From positions 1 through 63,294 of the forward strand of contig CAYXZQ010000003.1 of assembly GCA_964469935.1 (NCBI GenBank): DNA of 63,294 nucleotides, given 5' to 3'. Position numbers and translations under genes: made by a program. Shown here one piece after another: positions 16,558 through 24,695 of this stretch (position 1 is the stretch's first letter; each line of letters opens with the position of its first letter). This stretch comes from an uncultured Methanosarcinales archaeon. GTDB taxonomy: Archaea; Nanobdellota; Nanobdellia; Woesearchaeales; DSVV01. The notes under the pieces are model-generated. The model had not been told where the DNA came from, did not search any database, and saw only the letters and a list, made by a program, of their open reading frames with translations.

Positions 16558-16833
16558 ATGACAAAAAAAAATTCAGATGAATCTAATGGATTAAGACAGA
16601 GAACTCACGAAAGCGTTGACAAGATAATGGACAAGGCTGAAAACCTCAGACAAAGCGGCAAAGAAACGCTTGCTCATGTAAAAGACAAGGCAATATTGAT
16701 CAGGGGGAATGTTGATGGATACATCAAAAAGAACCCGAAAAAAACAGTGATGTTTGCTGTAGGGACTGGCGTAGTTGCCGGTGCAGTTACGACAGCAGTT
16801 CTGATGATTAGGAAACATAAGAATCAATCATAG
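16558..16833 (+). CDS. DUF883 (ElaB/YqjD-like) tail-anchored stress protein
   Basis: ...DKAILIRGNVDGYIKKNPKKTVMFAVGTGVVAGAVTTAVLMI. Helical N-terminus with a C-terminal TM, as in ElaB/YqjD. Confidence 0.6.
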   Translation: MTKKNSDESNGLRQRTHESVDKIMDKAENLRQSGKETLAHVKDKAILIRGNVDGYIKKNPKKTVMFAVGTGVVAGAVTTAVLMIRKHKNQS

Positions 16834-16837
16834 ATTG

Positions 16838-17350
16838 ATGCAGGACCGGAAAGGGATCTCAATGGAATTGTATGAGAAGAATAAGGTATGGGAAGAGATA
16901 AACAACCTTACACATATAGGTAGATCTGGAAGTGATATTGAGCAGGCACTGATTGCAAAGGGATATGATAAGGCACTTTTGAAAGAGATTCTCACTAACA
17001 CATTCATGGACCGGCTCATTGAAAAAGAGGAAATGTTTATACGTATGCAGCAGTCAGCAACAAATCAAGCAGCAGAACGGGCAGAAATTGATGAGATTGA
17101 GGCTGCAAATCAGAAGAATCAGGTACAATGGGATCAACAGAAAGAGAGGGAAGCAGAGCTTGTAATGCAGCAAGGAGAAATCCAAAAAGCGGATGATGAG
17201 AAGAAACGCATTGATTTTGAGACACAGAGAATAAATTTGCAATACGGGACGAATGTCATGGAGCAGGATATGGCAAGACATCGGGCAGAGGACGAAGAAG
17301 ATATAAAACGAGAGCATGAAAGGCGTTTACATTTAGAGACTTCTATATAA
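16838..17350 (+). CDS. coiled-coil protein, unknown function
   Basis: 170 aa, Q/E/K-rich heptad-like C-terminal half. Confidence 0.5.
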   Translation: MQDRKGISMELYEKNKVWEEINNLTHIGRSGSDIEQALIAKGYDKALLKEILTNTFMDRLIEKEEMFIRMQQSATNQAAERAEIDEIEAANQKNQVQWDQQKEREAELVMQQGEIQKADDEKKRIDFETQRINLQYGTNVMEQDMARHRAEDEEDIKREHERRLHLETSI

Positions 17351-17371
17351 CATAATAACATAAAGAATTGA

Positions 17372-17536
17372 TGAGCCTGCAGGGATTCGAACCCCGATTA
17401 ACCGGTAACTTCCAACCATTAGGGGGCTTGGCTGAAAGCCAACCCCCGGAATTTTAGTCAAGGTTTTGTTTCATCCGGAGGATGAACACAAAAAGTTGTC
17501 CGAAGCCGATTGTGCTATCCATTACACCACAGGCCC
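17372..17536 (-). tRNA. tRNA-Arg(UCG) with a 93-nt intron at the canonical 37/38 position
   Basis: Folded by hand: GGGCCTG/CAGGCTC acceptor, GTGT-AATGGATA-GCAC D arm, ATCGG/CCGGT anticodon stem, CGGGG-TTCGAAT-CCCTG T arm. Clean bulge-helix-bulge: CTTC/GAAG central helix flanked by 3-nt bulges GGA and TTA, outer helix CAAC/GTTG. Spliced loop is CUUCGGA. Confidence 0.8.
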
Positions 17537-17587
17537 TCAAAAGGCAGTTGTTCTGTCATCCTTTTAATATTTTGCCAAAAGAAGCAG
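17516..17587. repeat. 72-bp perfect direct repeat, copy B (51 nt of promoter region plus nt 1-21 of tRNA-Arg)
   Basis: Identical to 17665-17736, checked letter by letter. Confidence 0.95.
17562..17573 (-). promoter_or_regulatory. TATA box of tRNA-Arg
   Basis: The minus strand reads AAAATATTAAAA and ends 26 nt upstream of tRNA nt 1. Confidence 0.5.
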
Positions 17588-17685
17588 TCACCGGGGGACT
17601 TCTGCGGAGCAGAACGTCGCCCCTGTTTTTACCAATTTTTTCTTAAAAAATTGGCTGACTGCGATATCCATTACACCACAGGCCC
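17588..17685 (-). ncRNA. orphan tRNA-Arg 5' fragment (21 nt) fused to a 77-nt hairpin-rich segment; candidate small RNA or split-tRNA half
   Basis: Has its own copy of the promoter (17711-17722). Contains hairpins CCAATTTTTT-AAG-AAAAAATTGG and GGGGcGACgTTCTGC-TCC-GCAGAAGTCCCC. Enclosed by GCAGTCA/TGACTGC. Ends at CTTCTTTT. Confidence 0.3.
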
Positions 17686-17736
17686 TCAAAAGGCAGTTGT
17701 TCTGTCATCCTTTTAATATTTTGCCAAAAGAAGCAG
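17665..17736. repeat. 72-bp perfect direct repeat, copy A
   Basis: Identical to 17516-17587. Confidence 0.95.
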
Positions 17737-17776
17737 GTCTAATCGGATCAAGCCAAACCTGATTTGATCAAAAGAA

Positions 17777-18058
17777 CTATATCTTCTCAAGCACAATCTC
17801 GATTGTCGATACCCGCACGTCGCGTCCTTCCTTGTTCTTGAACTCCTCGGAATCGATGACTATGTCCTTGAGCTTTACCTGATCCTTCAGAAACCGTTTC
17901 GACGCGACCTCTGCGACATCGACAGCCCTCGAGATGAACTTGCCCCTCGCCTTCACGATGACTTCAGAAGCGTCTTTTGTCGTAAACTGCATGACGACGC
18001 TCGTCACGTAGTTCATGAAGGGCTTGCCTCCAATAAAAATAGAGTTGTCAAGAGTCAT
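17777..18058 (-). CDS. albA: DNA/RNA-binding protein Alba
   Basis: NSIFIGGKPFMNYVTSVVMQF...VIVKARGKFISRAVDVAEV...EGRDVRVSTIEIVL. Confidence 0.9.
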   Translation of the reverse strand: MTLDNSIFIGGKPFMNYVTSVVMQFTTKDASEVIVKARGKFISRAVDVAEVASKRFLKDQVKLKDIVIDSEEFKNKEGRDVRVSTIEIVLEKI

Positions 18059-18073
18059 TTTCGCACCCCCCTG

Positions 18074-18268
18074 CTAAATCTCTTTTTCTGTCTTTACAAG
18101 CCTGGTCAGGTATCCTGCAACAGTGTTCCTTATCTTCTTCGACGGAAAATCAAGCAGCTCTGCAACGATTGTCTTATTCTCTTCAAAGTCCTTCTTGAAT
18201 CGCTCCCTGTGCTCGTTGTAGAGGCCCAATGTCGTCCTTTTCACCAGCTGCGTCTTTATTCTTCCCAT
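18074..18268 (-). CDS. rps17e: 30S ribosomal protein S17e
   Basis: MGRIKTQLVKRTTLGLYNEHRERFKKDFEENKTIVAELLDFPSKKIRNTVAGYLTRLVK. Confidence 0.9.
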   Translation of the reverse strand: MGRIKTQLVKRTTLGLYNEHRERFKKDFEENKTIVAELLDFPSKKIRNTVAGYLTRLVKTEKEI

Positions 18269-18313
18269 GGTTATCCCTATGTTGATGCGGTTAAGGACAG
18301 GTAGTATTTAAAG

Positions 18314-18784
18314 TTATTCCCCGCATGGATTAACCTGCTGCTCGTATGTCACTCCGTGCGAGCTCCCGCAGTAGACGATGTTCTGGTTGAGGTTCAGTAT
18401 GGGCTCGACCTCTATCTTCCTGATATCACCGTAGACATCCTTGTCATAGGGGGCTGAGAGTGTGGCCTCTGCGAGAGAGCCGAGGGTCCTGAAGATCACA
18501 ATGGGATCCACTCCTTTTTCGCCGAAAATCTTGATGTTGAATCCGTTGAGATCCTTCTCCCTGTTCTGGAGGCTCAGCCTCACAGTCGTCTGGAAATTGT
18601 CAAAAGCCGTCCTGTCGCTGCTGAAACAGGCATCCTTTACCATGAAGAAGGCGTCGCTGCATTCAGGCGGGTCTGTTGCGCTGACAGCGTTGATTGCAGT
18701 GGTCACAATGTAGACAAAGACGACGAGAACCAGCACGAGACCTACCGCTGTCAGGTTCTTCTTTAATTTACCATATCTGCGCAT
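18314..18784 (-). CDS. membrane-anchored extracellular protein, unknown function
   Basis: N-terminal KKNLTAVGLVLVLVVFVYIVTTAI anchor, 156 aa. Confidence 0.55.
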   Translation of the reverse strand: MRRYGKLKKNLTAVGLVLVLVVFVYIVTTAINAVSATDPPECSDAFFMVKDACFSSDRTAFDNFQTTVRLSLQNREKDLNGFNIKIFGEKGVDPIVIFRTLGSLAEATLSAPYDKDVYGDIRKIEVEPILNLNQNIVYCGSSHGVTYEQQVNPCGE

Positions 18785-18881
18785 AGATATACGATAAGCT
18801 ATATTAATATATAAATTTTTCTATTAATAGAATACATGTCACCATATAAATTTATATAGGACAGTTGTTTATCCTTGATTC

Positions 18882-19943
18882 ATGGTCGATACCTCGCAGC
18901 TCATAGACGACATAAAGAAGCAGGAGGACAAAGGGTTCTTCAAGGGGCTGAGGAAGAGGAAGCAGATGGCTGAGAAATACAGGCCCACGCAGAAGAGCAT
19001 AATCCAGAACATGCCCTTCCATATCCAGAATTCTCTCAAGCTGACAGGCGAGTTCAAGATCCTGGACAAGTTCGAGAAGATCGTGGTTGCAGGAATCGGC
19101 ATAAATGCCCAGGCAGGGGAGATCCTCCGTGAATATCTCTCGGAGTACAGGTTCGACCTCAGGGTCGTCAGGGACTTCTCGCTTCCAGAGGACGTGGATG
19201 CAAAGACCCTCGCAGTCATCGCATCCTACACAGGCAATGACGAGGAGGCCATCAGCTGCTACAAGAACGCGCTCAGGAAGGGCTGCAGGATAATAGGCCT
19301 CTCCTCCGGCGGGAGGCTTGCCGAGGGCTTCACCAGGAACAATACAGAACACATACTCCTGCCAAAGAACCTCGTCGAGAGCACGACCCTCTGCTACATG
19401 CTCTTCCCGCTCATAAAGATACTTGACAATTCATCTTTCATAAAGCCCCAGAAGGAGATAATAGACGAGACAATAAGGAGCCTCAAGAGCCAGGAGCTCA
19501 GGGACATGGCAAAGGTCCTCTACGAGAAGCTCAGGGACAGGGTGCCTGTCATCTACAGCTCGCCCGAGCTCTCTGTCATAACCAACTACTGGAAGATGCA
19601 GTTCAACCTCAATGCCAAGATACCCTGCTTCTCCGGCGTATTCTCGGACGCGGCGTACAGCGACATAAACGCCTTTGTCAAGGACTTATGGGACTTCTAC
19701 CTGGTCTTCATAAGGGACCAGGGCGACTCGGACCTGATAATCAAGTCCATGGCAACTGCAAAGAAGATCATCAGGAACAAGGGCCACGGCACGACGGAGA
19801 TACTCATCAAGGGCTCAAACAAGCTCTCAAGGCTCATGACATGCGCATTCATAGCAGACATAGCCTCATACTACCTCAGCGAATACTATAAGATCGAGGA
19901 AGACCTGGTGCAGAAATACCGGCAGGAGTTCAAGACTTACTAA
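18882..19943 (+). CDS. SIS-domain sugar isomerase (bifunctional PGI/PMI-like)
   Basis: KIVVAGIGINAQAGEILREYL...LAVIASYTGNDEEAISCYKNALRKGCRIIGLSSGGRLAE. Two SIS-like halves. Confidence 0.55.
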   Translation: MVDTSQLIDDIKKQEDKGFFKGLRKRKQMAEKYRPTQKSIIQNMPFHIQNSLKLTGEFKILDKFEKIVVAGIGINAQAGEILREYLSEYRFDLRVVRDFSLPEDVDAKTLAVIASYTGNDEEAISCYKNALRKGCRIIGLSSGGRLAEGFTRNNTEHILLPKNLVESTTLCYMLFPLIKILDNSSFIKPQKEIIDETIRSLKSQELRDMAKVLYEKLRDRVPVIYSSPELSVITNYWKMQFNLNAKIPCFSGVFSDAAYSDINAFVKDLWDFYLVFIRDQGDSDLIIKSMATAKKIIRNKGHGTTEILIKGSNKLSRLMTCAFIADIASYYLSEYYKIEEDLVQKYRQEFKTY

Positions 19944-19954
19944 AAAAAAAGGGG

Positions 19955-21118
19955 GTGTTCAATCTGGAATTTGACTTCTCAGGGCTCGGAGAGATAAGCA
20001 TGAGGCCGTACGAAGGGGAGAGGCCGTTCTTCTGCGACCTCAGGCCCGATCTTTTCCATATCAGCCAGTCGGCAGAAGCTTACAGGGGATACAAAAACAT
20101 CATACTCATAGGCAACGGCGGGGCGGTCAACAGCTTTTTGGTGCTGCACAGGTCCCTTTACAGGGGAGCAAAGCAGGTTGCGATCATCAATTCCATGGAA
20201 CCGGACCTCATCGGCGAGACAAGGAAGAAGTACGGCAAGGACGACACCCTCGTGATTACGGCAAGCACGTCAGGCACGAATGTCGGCGCACTCGAGATAA
20301 TGAGCAGGTTTTTGGATTATCAGATGGTTGCGATAACTGCAGAGAACGACGGCGCGCTCAGGCAGATAGCTGAGAAGAGGGGAATCCCGGTCCTCTTCGT
20401 CCCGCACATAACCGACAGGTACCTGACATCCGGTGCACTCGCATATTTTCCGCTTGCAGTCCTCGGCCTTGACATCAGGAAGATTGATGCTGCGCTCCAA
20501 AGGGCGTATGAAAAGTATTCAGCAGAAGGCAATGACGCTCTCAGGCTATCGATCGCCCTGAATGACCTGGAGGCAAAGGGCTATACAGAGGTCTTCCTGC
20601 CTATATACTCCCACAGGCTGGAGGGTTTCGAGATATACATAACCCAACTCATGCATGAGTCTGTCTGCAAGGACGGCAAGGGGCAGAATTTCCTGGTCGT
20701 CCCTGCACCCGAGTCCCAGCACCACACCAACCAGAGGCTCTTCGGGGGAAGGAGGAACGCCTGCGCACTGTTCCTCTCGGCAGGACAGGACGACAATGAA
20801 TCCGTCACGTCATTCCCTGGCGAGCTTGACGACATAAGGCTCAGGGACGGGACCCTGGGCGACATCAACCACAAATGCCTCGCAAGGGCTTTTGACGCGG
20901 AGCTGCAGGGGACCTTCAAAAATGCTGTCGACGAGAAGATACCCGCTGCAAGGCTCAGGCTCGAAAAGATTGACGAGGAAAGCGTGACAGAGCTCATCGC
21001 GTTCTGGCAGTACACTGCGGTATATTCATCCTGGCTTCGGGGTGTCAACCCGTTCGACCAGCCCCAGGTCGAGAAATCAAAGGACATATCCTTCAGCATG
21101 AGAAGGGATGACAAGTAA
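19955..21118 (+). CDS. glucose-6-phosphate isomerase-like protein (divergent PGI family)
   Basis: NIILIGNGGAVNS..., TLVITASTSGTNVGALE, ITQLMHESVCKDGKGQ, ESQHHTNQRLFGG resemble PGI signature regions. Start uncertain (GTG 19955 or ATG 20000). Confidence 0.5.
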   Translation: MFNLEFDFSGLGEISMRPYEGERPFFCDLRPDLFHISQSAEAYRGYKNIILIGNGGAVNSFLVLHRSLYRGAKQVAIINSMEPDLIGETRKKYGKDDTLVITASTSGTNVGALEIMSRFLDYQMVAITAENDGALRQIAEKRGIPVLFVPHITDRYLTSGALAYFPLAVLGLDIRKIDAALQRAYEKYSAEGNDALRLSIALNDLEAKGYTEVFLPIYSHRLEGFEIYITQLMHESVCKDGKGQNFLVVPAPESQHHTNQRLFGGRRNACALFLSAGQDDNESVTSFPGELDDIRLRDGTLGDINHKCLARAFDAELQGTFKNAVDEKIPAARLRLEKIDEESVTELIAFWQYTAVYSSWLRGVNPFDQPQVEKSKDISFSMRRDDK

Positions 21119-21147
21119 TTTAAAGCCCTGAGGATTTCTTTTTTTCC

Positions 21148-23217
21148 ATGCTGCTCAAATCGCTCAAGCTTGAGAACATACGCTCATACACGAGCGAAAA
21201 CGTCACGTTCCCGGACGGGATAGTCCTTCTTTCAGGCGACATCGGCTCAGGCAAGTCATCCATACTGCTTTCTGTAGAGTTCGCATTGTTCGGCATCAGG
21301 AAGCCCGACCTGACAGGCCAGGCCCTGCTCAGGAAAGGCGCAAGGACCGGCTCGGTCGAGCTGAAGTTCCTAATCGACGACGACGAAATAATCATAAAAA
21401 GGGTCCTCAAGCGCACAAAGAGCGACATCAAGCAGGACGCGGGCTACATAATCAAGAACGGCGTGAGGACAGACGGGACCGCTGTCGAGCTCAAGGCGAA
21501 GGTCATCGAGCTGCTCGGCTACCCGAGGGAGCTGCTCACAAAGCACAAGGAGATTATCTACAGGTACACTGTCTACACCCCGCAGGAGCAGATGAAGGCG
21601 ATCCTCTTCGAGGACAGCGCGCTCCGCCTGGGAACCCTCAGGAAAGTATTCGGCATAGACAGGTACAAGATAATCAGGGAGAACTGCCATACTTACCTCC
21701 GCGAGCTTAGGAGCAGGACGAGAGAGGATGAGGCAAGGATATCCGACCTCGGGCAGAAGCTTGCCCAGCTCAGGGAAAAAAAAGAGGAGTCCGAAGCCCT
21801 GGAGAAGCAGGCGGCGAATCTCGGGCCTGAGGCAGACAGGGCAAGAAAGGCTGTCGCCGAGAAAAAGCAGGCGATAGAGGCTGTGGGCAAGCAGGCGGAT
21901 GCACTGAGGCAGCACAAAAAAAACATGGAGATACTTGACCATGACCTCATGGAGAGGCTTGCGCAGAGGAAAAGGAATGCCAAGGACATAGAAGAGATCG
22001 AGAAGGAGAACAGCAGGATATCAGAGTCAGTGCCAAAAGAGAGCCAGGATATCGAAAAGATAACTGCAGAGATAGGGAAGATCGAGGCATGGGTGCTGGA
22101 GGCAGAGAAGGAGGAGAGGGCCCTGCAGAAGAAGGTGAGCGAACTTGAGACAGCGAGAAAGCTATCTCTGGAAGCTGTTGACAAGATATCGAGGCTGGAT
22201 GTCTGCCCGACCTGCGAGCAGGAAGTGGGCGAGCAATACAAGGAAAGGGTGAAGAGAAGAGAGATAGAGAACGAGGCAAAAACAGGCGCAGAGCTCCAGG
22301 CTCTCGAAAAAAAGCAGGCTGAGACAAGGGAGGTTATATCCAAGCACAAGGGCCAGCTCAGGTTATTCAGGGAGAAGAAGGAAGAGGTCATAAGGTCTGT
22401 CGAGAGGCTCAGGACGCTTGACAGGAACCTGGAACAGCTCAAGAGGCTTTTAGGCCGGCAGGACGAGCTTAAGAATGAGGTGGGGGAGATCAACAAAAAG
22501 AAGCTGGCCCTGGGCGAGCTTATCAAGGCCGGCAGGGATGTCCAGGAGAGGTACGACAATGCAATAAAGACGCTAGAGGCCCTTGAAAAGGACGAGAGGC
22601 AACTCGAGCTTGGGCTTGCAGGGCTCAACAGGAGCAGGGAAGAGGCACGCAAGGCAATCGACCTCCTCGCAGGCGAGATAAGCGCGATGCTCGAAGTGAA
22701 GACGAGGATGAGAAGAACATATTCCCTTATCACATGGCTCGAGGAGCATTTCACCGGCCTCATGCAGTCCATGGAGAAGCATGTCATGAGCCAGCTCTAC
22801 AGGGAATTCAACGAGTATTTCGTGGAATGGTTCAGCTCCCTCATAGAAGACGATTCCATCTCAGCTAGGCTCGATGACGAGTTCACGCCAGCGATTCTCC
22901 AGAACGGCTATGACATGGAGCTGGAGAACCTTTCTGGCGGGGAGAAGACCTCTGTCGCCCTTGCCTACCGCCTGGCGCTCAACAAGGTGATAAATGACTT
23001 CATATCTCATATCAAGACTAAGGACATGATAATACTCGACGAGCCCACCGACGGATTCTCCGACGAGCAGCTTGACAGGATAAGGGGCCTTCTAGAGAAG
23101 GCAAAAATACCTCAGGTCATAGTCGTCAGCCATGAGGCGAAGATCGAGTCCTTTGTCGATTCTGTCATGAGGGTCACAAAGACAGAGCACTCGAGCAAAA
23201 TAACAAAAATTATTTAA
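21148..23217 (+). CDS. rad50: DNA double-strand break repair ATPase Rad50
   Basis: Walker A GDIGSGKSS, long coiled coil with zinc hook CPTCEQ, signature LSGGEKTSVALAYRLAL, Walker B IILDEPTDGFS. Confidence 0.9.
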   Translation: MLLKSLKLENIRSYTSENVTFPDGIVLLSGDIGSGKSSILLSVEFALFGIRKPDLTGQALLRKGARTGSVELKFLIDDDEIIIKRVLKRTKSDIKQDAGYIIKNGVRTDGTAVELKAKVIELLGYPRELLTKHKEIIYRYTVYTPQEQMKAILFEDSALRLGTLRKVFGIDRYKIIRENCHTYLRELRSRTREDEARISDLGQKLAQLREKKEESEALEKQAANLGPEADRARKAVAEKKQAIEAVGKQADALRQHKKNMEILDHDLMERLAQRKRNAKDIEEIEKENSRISESVPKESQDIEKITAEIGKIEAWVLEAEKEERALQKKVSELETARKLSLEAVDKISRLDVCPTCEQEVGEQYKERVKRREIENEAKTGAELQALEKKQAETREVISKHKGQLRLFREKKEEVIRSVERLRTLDRNLEQLKRLLGRQDELKNEVGEINKKKLALGELIKAGRDVQERYDNAIKTLEALEKDERQLELGLAGLNRSREEARKAIDLLAGEISAMLEVKTRMRRTYSLITWLEEHFTGLMQSMEKHVMSQLYREFNEYFVEWFSSLIEDDSISARLDDEFTPAILQNGYDMELENLSGGEKTSVALAYRLALNKVINDFISHIKTKDMIILDEPTDGFSDEQLDRIRGLLEKAKIPQVIVVSHEAKIESFVDSVMRVTKTEHSSKITKII

Positions 23218-23240
23218 ACTGATATCATCATAATCCAACC

Positions 23241-24695
23241 ATGCTCAGGATATTCGCTGCCATTTCCCTTTTCGCTCTGATGGCTTCAGCTGTACTCGGG
23301 GGCTGCGTCGTGCCCAATTCGAGCATGGTGATAAGGGAGAGCAGCATCCTATGCCCGGGAAACTACAGCCTTGACGACGGCCTCATCGTGGGCAGCGACG
23401 GAATGTCGCTCATCTGCAACCACACGACGATAATCGGGCATGACGAGGGTTTCGGAATCCTCATAAACAGCAGGCAGGGAGTCATCGTAAGGGACTGCGC
23501 TGTGAAAAATTTCCAGGCAGGGATCGCCCTGACAGGCTCTTCAAAAACAATCATAGAAGGGGTGAAGGCATTTGACAACAGGATAGGCATCCTGGTCTCA
23601 GACTCTGATCGCAACCTGCTGGAATCGAATACGGCATACAACAATTCCCAGTCAGGCATCATCCTCTCTGGCTCAGAAGGCAACAGTTTGGAAAAGAACA
23701 CCGTCAACCAGAGCGATTATGCAGTCTACATGAGCTCTTCGGACAACAACAACATAACCGACAACATTCTTTCGGCAAGGCTTCTCGGATTCTACCTCAA
23801 CCTAAAGAACAGGGGCAATCACATGTATTCAAACAGGATATACCACACCGGATTCGCTGCCCAGACCCTTGACGACACTGAGAACAGCTACTGCTACGGC
23901 ATCGAGGGCAACCAGTACCTGGACGGCGCAATCGGCCCGTCCTGCGAAACCCCTGCGCCGGCAGATAACTTATCGAAGAATGTGACAGAGCCGGTCCAGC
24001 CAGGGTCTCTCAACGAGACAGCGCCCCCTGAGAAACCTGCACCGCCCAACATCACGGCATCTCAGCAGGACCTCTCAGAGAAGACTGTCCCCATCCCGCC
24101 TCCGGGCGAAAATGAATCTGAAGACGTCCTCAGGAAGGCCCTGATGCTCCAGGGACTCAATGGCACAGGGCTTGAGGACGAGCTGCAGGATAAGCTCGAC
24201 AATTACAGGAAGACCATGGAAAGGCTCTCCATAAGGAAGGAGCTGGTTTCCGAGCCTGCTGTCAAAAGGACCATAGTCAGGACAGAGATAACCGTGAAGG
24301 GCGAGATAAAGGACCTCTACGTGTACGAGTTCGTCCCGAAATGCATCGCGGGGTCGATAGACGACATCACCTTCCTGGGTACAAGGCCTGTCAGAGTGCT
24401 CCAGCCCGACCCGTTGTTCGTCTGGTATTTCCCGAGCGTCTCTGAAGGCCAGGTGCTCAACCTTTCCTATGAGATAAACAGCAAGGTTACCTTCACCCCG
24501 GCGACAGTCGCTGTGGTCCATGACAAGCAATACATCATCAACGGGAACAGCACCTGCGCAAGGGGACTTCTCAGCGTCCCTTCAGGCACTTGCCTGGACA
24601 CGACCTCAAGGAAGCTCATTCCATTCCTCCTCGTCCCCTTGATAGCATTCCTGTACATATACTTCTACAGGTTCCAGAAGAAGAACAGGGATTAG
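23241..24695 (+). CDS. secreted parallel beta-helix (NosD/PbH1-like) protein with lipobox and C-terminal TM anchor
   Basis: Signal plus lipobox ...ASAVLGGC. Repeated N..GI.L..S..N.I..N units. C-terminal LIPFLLVPLIAFLYIYFY. Confidence 0.6.
   Translation: MLRIFAAISLFALMASAVLGGCVVPNSSMVIRESSILCPGNYSLDDGLIVGSDGMSLICNHTTIIGHDEGFGILINSRQGVIVRDCAVKNFQAGIALTGSSKTIIEGVKAFDNRIGILVSDSDRNLLESNTAYNNSQSGIILSGSEGNSLEKNTVNQSDYAVYMSSSDNNNITDNILSARLLGFYLNLKNRGNHMYSNRIYHTGFAAQTLDDTENSYCYGIEGNQYLDGAIGPSCETPAPADNLSKNVTEPVQPGSLNETAPPEKPAPPNITASQQDLSEKTVPIPPPGENESEDVLRKALMLQGLNGTGLEDELQDKLDNYRKTMERLSIRKELVSEPAVKRTIVRTEITVKGEIKDLYVYEFVPKCIAGSIDDITFLGTRPVRVLQPDPLFVWYFPSVSEGQVLNLSYEINSKVTFTPATVAVVHDKQYIINGNSTCARGLLSVPSGTCLDTTSRKLIPFLLVPLIAFLYIYFYRFQKKNRD

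Noticed and set aside
17588-17685. Complete second tRNA gene upstream of tRNA-Arg
   Set aside because: After the shared first 21 nt there is no U33-containing anticodon loop, no T arm and no acceptor 3' strand. It can be at most a fragment or half, not a full tRNA.
21693-22787. 364-aa minus-strand ORF, plus 21370-21942 and 21947-22327
   Set aside because: Ser/Leu/Phe-rich shadow ORFs antisense to the Glu/Lys-rich coiled coil of rad50. They have no start context and no motifs.
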